Assembly: GCA_026025795.1 (NCBI GenBank)
Contig: JAPEUG010000093.1
Span: forward strand, 1 to 50,439
Direction of reading: 5' to 3'
Length of the DNA: 50,439 nt
Source: Thelocarpon superellum
Taxonomy: Eukaryota
Under the pieces are notes generated by a model, which ran no database searches, was not told the DNA's origin, and was given only the letters and a program-made list of their open reading frames with translations. How positions within the stretch are numbered: the first letter of the stretch is position 1; each line of letters starts with the position of its first letter. This document shows positions 9,933 to 21,015 of the stretch, piece by piece. A program made the position numbers and the translations under genes.

Positions 9933-12900
9933 ATGGACCTTGACGCTATGAGCTACCAAGTCACCGCCACCGCGGTGCGTCGCCGCTCGTCGGTCCAGTC
10001 GATAGCCATCACGTACGAGCATCCGCCGGACATGCCATCGCTGCTGCACCCGTCGCCCGTCACCGGCCACGCCCACACCCTGGCAACGGGGGCTAGCCCA
10101 GCCTCGGCCGTCACTGGCCACGGCCACGTCCACGGCCACGGCCACGGCCACGGCATCACCGGTCCTCCAACCCCCGTGTCCGAAACCTCCTTCTACTGGC
10201 CGCCGATCGGAGAGCTTCCCGACCACTCGCCCGAGGTGGCCGGGCTCGAGCTTGTCAATCAACGGGCCAGTCCACAGCACTACGTCGTCGGGCCCTACAC
10301 AGCCTCCTCCTCCTATCGGACGCAGGAAGTGGTGATTGAGGAACGGTCGTACCACGCCTACGGCATACCCGTGGACCGCGCGACGTGTCCCCGGAGCCAC
10401 AGCCAGGACGTGGTCATGACGCCACCGGAAGGACTGTATTCGCCCTCGGCCGCCTATCCGCCGTCCTCCTACCTGATGGACCCCGATCAGCACTCGATGT
10501 ACCTGACGGGACCATCGGATCTTTACCACACGCCAGCCCGGATTGGCCCCGTCGAGATGGACCGCGAGATGGACGTCGTGACGACCTTCAATCCGGAGCG
10601 CTCCCCAGGATCCATGGTCTCGCCCTCTTCCACCAACCTCGCCACACTCACCGCGACCGCCGCTCCGGGTTTTCCTCCACCACCACCACCTACTCCTCCT
10701 CCTCCTCCTCCTCCTCCCCCGCCCAGCTTGACACGAGCCAGCACGCAGCGAGAGCAGGCATCCGGGTCTGGTCCTAGACCTGGACCCCGACGGGAGCGAG
10801 ACAGCGGTACGCCCTACGCCCAGTTGATCTGGCAAGCCTTAATGGAGGCCCCAGGGCATCGCTTGGTGCTGCGCGAGATCTACGACTGGTTCTTGCGCAA
10901 CACGGACAAGGGCAAGCATCCGTCGAAGAAGGGATGGCAGAACAGTATCCGGCATAATCTGTCCATGAACCAGGTGAGTGAGCGGTTGAAGAGGTGGGTA
11001 GCGCGTTCTGGACGGGCGGGACTGATGAAAGGCGGCAGGACTTCCTCAAGGTCGAAATCACCTCGTCCAAGGCCGACGGGAAAAAGGGATACGTGTGGGT
11101 ACTCAGCGAGCGAGCAGTCTGGGAAGGCGTCAAGTCCACGACGCGCTACCGCAAGACGGGGCCCAGCAAGAAGACCCGCGGCAGCAACAGCACCAGCAAC
11201 ACTACCCGCGGCCATCACCGCAACCGGGACGGTCACAGTGGCAGTCGCGGCCGTCACGGTGACGGCGAGAGCCCAGCGTTGCAGCGGCGGCAGCAGCAGG
11301 CGTCCGGGTCCGGGCGAAAGGGCGGTCAGAGTCAGGCTCAGGCATCAAAGAAGCGGGGCAAGGCGAAGGGGGTGCCGAGACGCGCTGCGCAGGAGGATGA
11401 GCACGCGCAGGCGCACACCCATGCTGTGCACCACCAGCACCACCAGCACCAGTGCCGGCAGTACCAGCAACAACACGGCGGCGACCAAATGGCGGTCACC
11501 AGACCCAGGCCCTCGACCGCCACCGGTTCAAGCGGGATGCATATGCATACGCAGGCGCAGGCGCAGGCGCAAGCGCAGGCGGACATGCAGACGCAGGCGG
11601 AGCTGCAGGCGACGCAGATGCAAGCGCAACCCACGCGGCGGTCTCTAACGCCTACGCGGGCGCCAATCCTGGCGCTGACGGACGGCCACGACCACGACCA
11701 GGATCGAGTCTACCTTGAAGACATCCTTCCTCCTCGTCGTGCATCACGTCCCCTCGCCCATGCCCATACTCACGCCTATGACGCGGTGGCGCCCGCCCCA
11801 TTGCGTCTCGAGCGTGATGGAGAGCGTGAGCAAGAACCTGTCGCAGGTCTTGGGTCTAGGTCTCGTCGCCTGAGTGCTCGTGCCGGTGCCAGCGCCAGTG
11901 CGAGTGCTAGCCCTCGCGGAGGTGGAAGCGGAAGTGGACCCATTCGCAGAGGCGGTCGTCCACTTGAAGGTGCCAGCAGGGGCCGCGGACGTGGACGTGG
12001 ACGTGGAAACGGAAGGGCTCGAGTCGAGCCTTACCCTACCGTGTCTACTCCTACCACTACCGCTACCGTTCCTACTACCTCGTCCAGCTCCGCTCTCGCT
12101 ACTGCTGCTACCACCACCACCACTGCTGCTCCTGCTCCTGCTGTCATTGTTGCCGCGACTGCTACAGCTGCAGCAGACACAAAGGCGGGTGAAGACGCGA
12201 ATGGCAGGGGTGCGAGAGGGAGTGGTGCACGTGCAAGCGATGTCGTGTTCTCCTCGCGGATGGGCATGGACCCGGGCCTAGGCCCGGGCTCAGGTATGGT
12301 GGGCATGCCGAGTCACTCCACCCTGGACATGGACATGGGTACGGGTCTGGACCCGAGCACCGGGATGGGCATGGGTATGGGTATGATGGACATGGACATG
12401 GACATGGGCATGGGCATGAACCTGATCACCGCGCCGCCTTCTTCTTTCCACTATCCCCCACCCTTGCCCCTGCCCCTGCCCATGGCCACGTCGATGGACA
12501 GCCACACTCCCTCTTACTCTCACGCTCACTCTCCCACTCACCTGCTCCCTCACCCGCAACTTTCACTTACCCATCCACACACGCCTACGAATCTGATCCC
12601 GAACCAGCATCACACAACCCAGATGCATCTCCGATCCGTCGTCGGCGTCGCCAACGCAAGTCACGACGGACCCATCTTCTGCGATTGCCGTCGTCGTGTT
12701 GACGAGCCTCGTCGCGGTGACGATGACGGTGGTGACGATGAAGAACTTGGCGAACATGATGAGCTGGACCTGGATCTGGATCTGGATCTGGATCTCGGTC
12801 TCAACGTCACGGTTCATCCGCGTCGCTCCGGCATCCACACTCGCACCCGCACCCACACTACTCGTGGACAAGCCCGCGGTGAGGCTTTTCGCGGGACGAA

Positions 12901-13027
12901 GCGTTTCTTCCTTGCCGATGAAGAAGATGACGAGGATGACGAGGAGGCTGATGACGACGATGACGATGAAGAAGTTGATGAAGATGACGATGACGATGAC
13001 GAGGATGACGAGGACAGTACCTTTTAA
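9933..13027 (+). CDS. Forkhead (winged-helix) transcription factor with long low-complexity arms; exons 9933-10973 and 11039-13027
   Basis: Forkhead motif PYAQLIWQAL..LREIYDWF..GWQNSIRHNLSMNQ|DFLKVE..KKGYVWVL. Intron 10974-11038 (GTGAGT..ACTGAT..CAG) joins ORFs 9933.. and 10994.. in frame. Start codon uncertain. Confidence 0.88.
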
Positions 13028-15752
13028 TTTCCCTTCCCTTCCCTTTGTTTTTCCGTCTTTGTCTTCCTCTCCCTGACTTGTCGCGCGGATGAAAAATGAA
13101 GGGGTGATGGTGGTGGTGGTGGTGGTGGTGACGGCGGTAGTGGGAGGGAATGTCAATGTCTCCTTGGTACCCGACCGCAGTCGTGCTCCTGTCCAGCTAA
13201 TCGTAATCCGGGTGACGTTATTTCTGTTAGTCTCGCCGTTCTTAGTGGCTTAGTCTGGCTTCGATGCGTCCTGATTAGTTATGCAGTTAATCTACTTGTG
13301 CATCCATCGTGTCGTATCGCGCCATTGTATCTTCTCTGTCTGATCTCGGCTCTCCGTCTCCTCGGACGTGCGGTATCGATCGCGATAGCGATCGCGATCG
13401 CGATGGATCACATCTGAGCATCGATCAATCGGTCAAGCAACCAACCCATTCGTCAGGCCGCCATGCAGGCTGATCTCACCCACCTTCACGACCCGTATCT
13501 CACGCTCGCTTGTTGGCGTCTTCAGCCCCCCCTCTCCCCTCCCCACCATCGTCTATACATGCCTCTTATGCCTCTTTCGTCAGAAGAGCGAGGAGGGGAG
13601 TGAAGGGGAGGGGAGAGAAGGGGAGGGGAGTGAAGGGAGGGGAGGGCAGAGGAGGGGAAGGGGAGAGAGAACGTGGGGTAGCTGATTGATCGAGGGCCAA
13701 AGAAGACGGATCCTAGACGTTGCACCCAGGCATTGGACGATAGCGGTGGTGATGGAGGGGTCAGATCGAGGCAGTGAAGGCGTCACCCTCTCCACCACAC
13801 CACCTAAACAATCTGTCGCTGCCCCACCGCCTCCTATTCGTCATGCGCAGCGCGGGCCCGGGACAGCTGTCACTTGGATCCACCCCTCATGACCGACGGC
13901 CGTACCGCAGTAGAGCCGGTCGCATCGATAGCCTAGCCTGCGAAAGATAGACTCGCCTCTGCGGGAAGTAAGTGAGATGCTCCCGGCCTCCGGTCTGGCT
14001 AAAACGTCGCGAATGGAGACTGGTGGAGACGAGTCGGTGGCGTTCGGGTGCGTCGCATCGGACCATTGCCCACAGTCCTTGGAGTCTTCGTCATGTCCGT
14101 GCGCCCTGCATTGCACCCGTTTCGATAGTCTCGATTAGTTGCGTCAGGGTTGAAGTGGAGGCTTGAAGGGAAGAGAGAGGGATCACAATGACGGTGCACG
14201 CGAATCATCGGGTCCTGACGTGACGCTCGACGCACGAGGCGTTTGGACGTTGCAGCCTACTCGTTGCAGCCTACTCTTCCGGCAGCCTCGGAGTGTTTGT
14301 GTGTGTGGGTGTGGGTGGGCCCCGCGTGGCCAGCTTCGTTCAGCATCATTCGAAGACATCGGCTTTGCAGATGGTCCATGTTGTCGTGCAGGTGCCGGCA
14401 TGCACAAGTGCAGCGTGCAGCGTGCAGCGTACGGTGGAGCCGTGATCCGTGGTTCCGTGGTTCCGACGCACAAACCACAAACCACAATGCATAAGCGTCC
14501 TGTGATGCAACGACCAAACCTGTCTGACGTCGGCCGGCGCTCTGGATGGGCCGTGGCTAGACCCTGGGCGAGTTGTCGCTGGAGCATCATTGGCCTGGCG
14601 TGCAGTCGGAACGAAGAGGAAAACGGGCTCGAGGGACGGACAGGGAGAAGCCGGAGCATGTGGAGAGCGTGGTCGAGCGAAGGTCGGGGGACATGGTTCG
14701 GCATGCCGGGCCGGAAACGTGTCGTGCATGCCCACCGGCCGACTAACCGTAGCCCTCCGCACCATCGACCACTCACCGCTCGCCTCCGGCGGAATTCCTC
14801 ATCCTTCCGCGAGAAAGGATAGACGACTAGCAAGCGAGAGACAGGAAAAAGAAAGCAGTCCGTTTGCAGGCTGCATGTCAGTGGCTTCGTCTTTGTCCGT
14901 CGCCGTCCATCGATTTCCCTCACTTTCTTCCCTTCGCTTAGACGGTGAGGAGTGGGGCTCTTGACAAGATGGCGGCGGTCGGACAGAGAGATCACTCAGC
15001 CGTACTCATTCCCTTCCCATCACTCAATGGCCCGAGGGCGAGAAAGCATCGGCGATGTGAGCAACAGCCATGTCACGCATCGCCCCACTACCCAAGCACC
15101 TCTTCCCTAGAGCAGCCCTCTTGTTGCATCGACTGGTCGATTGCCCCGCTCTTTCCCACACCCGCACCCTGTCCCCGCACTGCACCTCTGTCATCCCGAT
15201 CGAACGAGGCTCGATATGAAGTGGTCCGATGCGGCGATGCGCGCAGATGAAGTATCTCGATTCCCAAATTCCCATCGATCGAAGTCCGACAAGACTCGTG
15301 CAGGGGTGCAATTGGCCCTAGCATTTGTCTTGGTGCACGCGAGGACGAAGTATTCGTATTTGGCTCGTACCCCGCAAGCCTGACGAGCTTGTGACTTTGG
15401 TTTACCTGTTGCTGGTGGAGAGCTACGGTGAGGTACTGTACCAACCCACGGACCGTCACTTAGTCCAAGGGGGCCAGCTACCACACTGCAAGTTGCTTTG
15501 GTCGTCACGGTACTGCCCGAGCCGAGCCTCGCCCAGACGAAGCTGTCATGCAAGCGCGCCGAGCCGGGCCGCCATGAGGAGGGAAAGCCAATCTGCACCG
15601 CGGGAGATTGAGTTTCGCCGAGAGTACCGTAGTCCACCGCGCGTACCGAGGACTCGTACCGAAAGCTCATCCGCGTACCCTTGAGCCTAACAGTAGTACT
15701 GTCAATGGCCTGGTACGAAGTACTATTCCTGGACAAACTACAATTCCTCGCT

Positions 15753-15859
15753 GGGACTCGAACCGGAGACTAGCGGTCCTCGCAAAAGGCAAGAGGCAAA
15801 AGGCAAAACTGACAGGATGGCCTCTTCGGTGATGCATTATCCACTGAGCCAGGCTGTCC
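15753..15859 (-). mobile_element. tRNA-like Pol III element (SINE head or tRNA-derived ncRNA), copy 1
   Basis: A box TGGCTCAGTGG and B box GGTTCGAGTCC; homologous to 27634-27732; no closed tRNA acceptor stem. Confidence 0.5.
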
Positions 15860-16086
15860 GTGCTGAAAAACTCCGTGTGTGGAAATATGTGCTTGGCTCG
15901 TCCCTCTGCGAGAGTGAAGTCTTCAAAATACCCCCGGAGAGCACGGCAATGATCAGAGTCTCCCCGCGTTCGTCGTCACGTAGAACAGAATCCATTCCTG
16001 CTCGAGTTCAGAATCCTCCAGGTTGGTCCGTAATATTAAACAGGTCGTCATCTATGTAGTGTACATGAGGCGCTGGATGATCCAGA

Positions 16087-19000
16087 TCATAACCCCAGCC
16101 CCAACTCATCCCGTTCTCTCAGCCGAAGACGCTGAACGGCTCGACTTTCCGGCGCCGTCCAGGTGTCCTTCTTCACCTTGCTCATCTCCCCGTCAGCATC
16201 CTCGCCAGCCTTGTTCTTGTGGAGCGCCGCTGCCGCCACGCCGAACGATCCCAACTTTTGCAATCGCTTCTCCTTGGCCCGCAGCTCCTCTCGTTCGCGA
16301 CGCCGGGGACCTTTGATGCAATCGTGCAGGCAGCCCTCGACCGCGCATCCTCCCTCGCTGGCGGGATTGGCCCACCAGGCCTCGAGGCAGGAGGCGTGCC
16401 CTCCGTGCCCGCACCCCTGACACCATCCCCATCGTCCGCGGCGGGGTGGGCCGCCGCTGCGGAGGCCGGCGATCCCGCCGCTACTCCGCTTGGTGATGTG
16501 AGGAGATGGGCGAACCGGATGGGTGCGGAGCCGACAGATCGGGCACGGCGCCTGCAGCCGCTTGCATTTGTCGCAGAGCCAGGCGGTGCGCTTGAGCGTC
16601 GCCGTTTGAATCGTCGATGGACGGCCGCCGCAGGAGGTGCACTTGAAGACGAGGGCACATGCGTCTTTGGCCGCGTTGTAGATGGACGGGTGGTCAGGCA
16701 CGCAGAGGCGACGGAGATGGGCCGCCGGGACGAAGAGCGAGAGTGCCATGAGCTGGCCGTGGTAGGTGTGGAGGATGGACGTGGCCAGGCCCGGCGGCAG
16801 CGTGTCGGCGGGGGTGAAGGGTTGAAGCAAGAGGAGCAGATGGGACGCCGTGAGCTGGTCCGAGAGTTGCGTGATGTGGAAGGCGACCGTGCGTTCGAAG
16901 AGCGACGTCGCGCTCCACGGCACATCCTTCTGACCCCCCATACCGGAGGAGGGACGTGCAAGGTCGGCGGCGATAAAGGACGGCGTCGACGGGGATGTCA
17001 CTGCCGACGGACCGTGTGCGTCCGAGGCGGGCACACCATCAGGCGTGACCGGCGATGGCTTGTAAACGGGCGCGGGCGGAATCTCCGGGGCATGATCTTC
17101 CGGCACGATGGTCCCACTGGCCTCCATCCGGTCCTCATCGGGCGTCGAAGACTCCCGGTAGGTCGAGCGCGGGGCCCGTCCGACGTAGGACCTCAGGCTC
17201 GACGTCTCCAAACGAAAGAGGACGGGCTCTCGCTGCCCACTCTCCGAGCTCGAGTCCGTGCGCGTCAGGCTGTCAGACACCTTGACGCGGTCGACGGCCG
17301 AGCCGGATTCCATGACGCTCCCTAGCGAGTTGGGCAGCGAGTGCTTCCCGTCCGTCGACGCCGAGAACATGGTGAAGCTCTCCGTCGAATCGAAGCGGCT
17401 CATCGGTGGGCGCGATCGGTCAGCGCCGTCGGGTAGATCCAGCCGGAGGGGCGGTCGGGGGCCCGCTGGGAGTTGACTGCGCGACCGGCGGGCCTCCCCG
17501 CCCGTCGATGCCTGCCGTGACCAGGGCGATGCCCGGCGATTGCGCAGGGCTCGCTCGGCCTCCATGCTGGAGTTCGACTCGTCCGCCCCGGGATCGTCGC
17601 TATTGCTTGATTGCCAACTCTGCGTCGTGGATTCCGGGAGCACCAACGCATCCGCCTCGTCGAAGCGCGAGCGCGATGGGTGGGCACGTTGTCGGGGCGA
17701 AGCGTCCGACACCGGTCGCGCCACCGGCGTCGTCATGTTGGATGTGGACTCGCCGAGGCCTTCCATCGCTTTCCCGGGCCGTGTCTTGGACGCAACCTTC
17801 TTCGATCCATCCGCGGGCGTTCCATCCGTCTCGTCCGTCGCTCTCTTTGCCTCCTCCGCTCGTCGAAGTCGAGCCTCCCGCCGCTCACGCGCCCGTCGCC
17901 AGACTTCCGTCAGCGCGGCGCTCTCCAGAATCTGCCACGTCTGCGCGAGGCGATACATGCCCGCGGCCTGGGCGACGCGAGCGTTGCGCTGCATCGCCGC
18001 TTGGACGCGGTCGATGTCGTGCACGGTGCGGAGCTGCGCACGCGCCGGCGTGTTCCGGGACGCCGTGGCCAGGTGGCGGAAGACGGCGGGATTGAAGCCG
18101 GCGTAGACGCCGCCACACGCGGCGAATCGCATCATGTCCAGCGCCGGGCGTTCGTGCAGGACGACCCGTAGGTTGGCAACGACCAAGGCACTTGTTTCGG
18201 ACGGCGGGGTGTTCCCGACGGAGCGGGACGATTTCGCGCCGGGCGGGCGTCCATGCCGGTGTTTCAAGGAAGAGCTCAAGAGCGTATTCGACAGCTCATT
18301 CTCGCCCGAGCTCCGGCTCCCACTGAGCTTCTCGCCACTGCCCGGCTTGCTTCTGCCGCTGGCGGAGCGGGGCAGGGTGGCGGCATCGTCTTCGTCGTCG
18401 TCCTCGTCGTCGCCGCCGCCCAAGTCCAAGTGGGGCGAGCGGAGCCGTGGCTGACCATAGAAGGAGATCTCGCCCGTGGGAGCGACGTCAAAAGCCTGCA
18501 GCGGCCGGCGGTCGCGGAGTTTGGGCGCAAAGTGCATGTCGGTCTGGGTGAACATGCCGGCGAGGCCGACGGTCCACAAGAGATGCTCGGAATGCCAGAG
18601 CATGTCCGTGGGCGCGGTGTTGTAGCGGTCGATCTCGCGGAAGGGCACGTAGGGAGTCTTGAGGTCCCACAGGTGGACGCGGGGATCGTGGCTGTCATAG
18701 CACGTCACCAGCTGCGTCGTCTCCCAGCTGCCGGCGCCCTGGGCACGCGCCTGCCAGCCGACGGGCCGCCAGCGGACCTTGGTGACGGCTTGCGGGGCGC
18801 GGAAGGACCAGGGCGAGTTCTGGCGGCGATCGAGCGTCGACAGATCCCACACCTGCACCATCTTGTCCACCCCGGCGCTGGCCAGATGGATGCCGTCGGG
18901 GTGCCAGTCGATGGACAGACACACGCGCTTGTGCGCATTGAGCTTCTGCAGGGGCGCGGCGTCCTTGCGGAAGTCCCAGCGCTGCACCACCCCGGCGTCG

Positions 19001-19809
19001 GTGGCGCAGGCAAAGCCGGTGCCGTCGGTGGGCGACCACTTGACGTCGCGCATGCCCTCGGCGTTGCCCTTGTACCGGCCTGCGCTGCGGAAGTTCATGA
19101 CGCTCCGGCCGGCGGCGGCGGCGCGGAGATCCCAGAGACGGAGGGTGGCATCCTGACTGGCAGAGAGCAGCAGGGAGCCCTGGTGGGGATTGAAGGCGAG
19201 TTTGTGGACCTGCCGGTTGTGCTCGTGTAAGCGCGCCAGCTCGACGCCCGCGCGGTTGACGTCGTAGAGCATGATGCGGCCATTGGGGCAGGCGGTGGCG
19301 ATGGTGCTGCTGAAGCTACCATGGGACCATTTGACGTCGTTGGCGGCGAGGTCGTCGCGGTGCTTCAGGGCGGCGCCGGCGCCGGCGCCGGTGTTGTGCG
19401 TGGAGGCATAGGCGATGATGGCCGCGCGGAGGTTGAACTCCTCGGCGCAGGTGGCGCCGGCGACGCGGATGGTCTTGAGGATCTCCCGGCCGGCCAAGAC
19501 GGCGTGGGTGCGTTGGGGGGAGATGTCGACGGCGGCGATGGCGATGCCCGTCTTATGAGTCGCCGTCTGCGACGTGAGCGGGCTTACGGCGCGCGGTAAG
19601 GGCGGGGCCAGGGCCTTCTCTGGGCGGTCGTCCGCGCGGTGGGCCTGGGCACTGCTGGGCCGTGCCGGGCCGATGAAGGGCTGGGCGAAACGGGCCAGCG
19701 CGGTCGTGGCGCGGTTGACATATCGTTGGGGAGGGAGCGGCGGGGCTGGCGGCGGCGGCGGCGCAGGCGGCGCGGGTAGCGCAAATCGCGGGGAGAAGAG
19801 GTCCGACAT
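16087..19809 (-). CDS. RTC1: RTC1/SEA2/WDR24-like WD40 plus C-terminal RING protein (SEACAT/GATOR2 subunit)
   Basis: N-terminal WD repeats (AVLAGREILKTIRV, LLSASQDATLRLWDLR, SIDWHPDG). C-terminal Cys cluster (CDKC..CPIC..WCQGCGHGGHASC..GCAVEGCLHDC). First ATG at 19809. Confidence 0.88.
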   Translation of the reverse strand: MSDLFSPRFALPAPPAPPPPPAPPLPPQRYVNRATTALARFAQPFIGPARPSSAQAHRADDRPEKALAPPLPRAVSPLTSQTATHKTGIAIAAVDISPQRTHAVLAGREILKTIRVAGATCAEEFNLRAAIIAYASTHNTGAGAGAALKHRDDLAANDVKWSHGSFSSTIATACPNGRIMLYDVNRAGVELARLHEHNRQVHKLAFNPHQGSLLLSASQDATLRLWDLRAAAAGRSVMNFRSAGRYKGNAEGMRDVKWSPTDGTGFACATDAGVVQRWDFRKDAAPLQKLNAHKRVCLSIDWHPDGIHLASAGVDKMVQVWDLSTLDRRQNSPWSFRAPQAVTKVRWRPVGWQARAQGAGSWETTQLVTCYDSHDPRVHLWDLKTPYVPFREIDRYNTAPTDMLWHSEHLLWTVGLAGMFTQTDMHFAPKLRDRRPLQAFDVAPTGEISFYGQPRLRSPHLDLGGGDDEDDDEDDAATLPRSASGRSKPGSGEKLSGSRSSGENELSNTLLSSSLKHRHGRPPGAKSSRSVGNTPPSETSALVVANLRVVLHERPALDMMRFAACGGVYAGFNPAVFRHLATASRNTPARAQLRTVHDIDRVQAAMQRNARVAQAAGMYRLAQTWQILESAALTEVWRRARERREARLRRAEEAKRATDETDGTPADGSKKVASKTRPGKAMEGLGESTSNMTTPVARPVSDASPRQRAHPSRSRFDEADALVLPESTTQSWQSSNSDDPGADESNSSMEAERALRNRRASPWSRQASTGGEARRSRSQLPAGPRPPLRLDLPDGADRSRPPMSRFDSTESFTMFSASTDGKHSLPNSLGSVMESGSAVDRVKVSDSLTRTDSSSESGQREPVLFRLETSSLRSYVGRAPRSTYRESSTPDEDRMEASGTIVPEDHAPEIPPAPVYKPSPVTPDGVPASDAHGPSAVTSPSTPSFIAADLARPSSGMGGQKDVPWSATSLFERTVAFHITQLSDQLTASHLLLLLQPFTPADTLPPGLATSILHTYHGQLMALSLFVPAAHLRRLCVPDHPSIYNAAKDACALVFKCTSCGGRPSTIQTATLKRTAWLCDKCKRLQAPCPICRLRTHPVRPSPHITKRSSGGIAGLRSGGPPRRGRWGWCQGCGHGGHASCLEAWWANPASEGGCAVEGCLHDCIKGPRRREREELRAKEKRLQKLGSFGVAAAALHKNKAGEDADGEMSKVKKDTWTAPESRAVQRLRLRERDELGLGL

Positions 19810-21015
19810 GACACGCCGGAGGATGGTCCGCAAGGGCCCCCTACTCCTGCTCGTACGCCCACGACGGGGCCATGCCCGGGTGTGAGTGCGGGTGCAGGTG
19901 CGGGTGCGGGTGCGGGTGCGGGGTCATGGTGGAGATGAAGGGAGAGCGTGGTCAGCTGTACGACCACGCCGTGGTCAGCGGAGCTCGAGGGTCACGTCAA
20001 GTGGTCGTGGTGCTATTTGCGGGGACACGTAGTGCGCGACGCCGGCATCGCGAGACCGTCGCCGTTGTGGCGGTGGTGGTAGTGGTGGTGGTGGTGGTGA
20101 TCGTGATCGGGGCACGGGTCCGGAACTCCTAGTAGGAGTACTCCAGCACGGTTCCGATGTGCACGAAGACTGGAGGTCCTCCGACTTGCTGCTCTGGGGC
20201 AATCGCACGGAGCAATTGTGCTAGCAGCGAGCTTAGCCCAGTCAACTACCGCCAGTACTATGTTACTGGTAGTGAGAGACGGTACTCGGACGGGTACGCG
20301 TACCGGCTGAGGACCTCACTGGAGAAACCCTACGGGGTTTTCTACCAAAGCTCCGGCTACGGTGGTGGTGTTTAACTACGGCCACTCTGTTAGACCTACT
20401 CGCTCCCGGAAACTCCCAGCAACTGCCCTCTAGCGAGCGCACGACAGACAGACGAGACGAGGAACCAGCAGCAAGATCAGAAGCGAGAGGACCACCAAAC
20501 ACATGTGTGAGCACATGACGGTCGGAAGCAACGGCCATGCCCTCGCCGTTCACCCTATCTAGCGTCGATCGATTGGCCAGACCGCCGCATCTCCTCGACC
20601 ATGATCATCGACCTTGCCGCGATCGGGCTACTCTAGTGGCGTCACCCCTGCAAAGGCGTGCAGGTCTGGATACACCACCAAGTCCGCGGCCCACAAATCC
20701 CATTGCCTCTCATCCCCCATCGGCGTCCCATTTCTCTCCGACGCCCATCACATTCGCTCATCCCCCTCCCCTCCCCTTCCCTCTCCTCCTCCCTCCCCCC
20801 ATGTCCTCATCCACCGCGGGGCCCGGCAGGAATTGACGGGTGGAGCAGCTCGACGGCACCAAGCACGGGCCGATGCAGATCATGCCCCGCTGGTGAACCC
20901 TCCCGCTTTGCCTTGGGGGCAACATTGGGTCGGAAAGGGAGCATCGGGGCCATCGGGACTACCGGGACCGACCGCACTGGTGACTGAACGCGCACGCGCA
21001 CGGTGGGACAGCGCG

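Noticed and set aside
15753..15859. Intact tRNA gene
   Set aside because: No 3' acceptor-stem complement, imperfect T stem and internal T runs.
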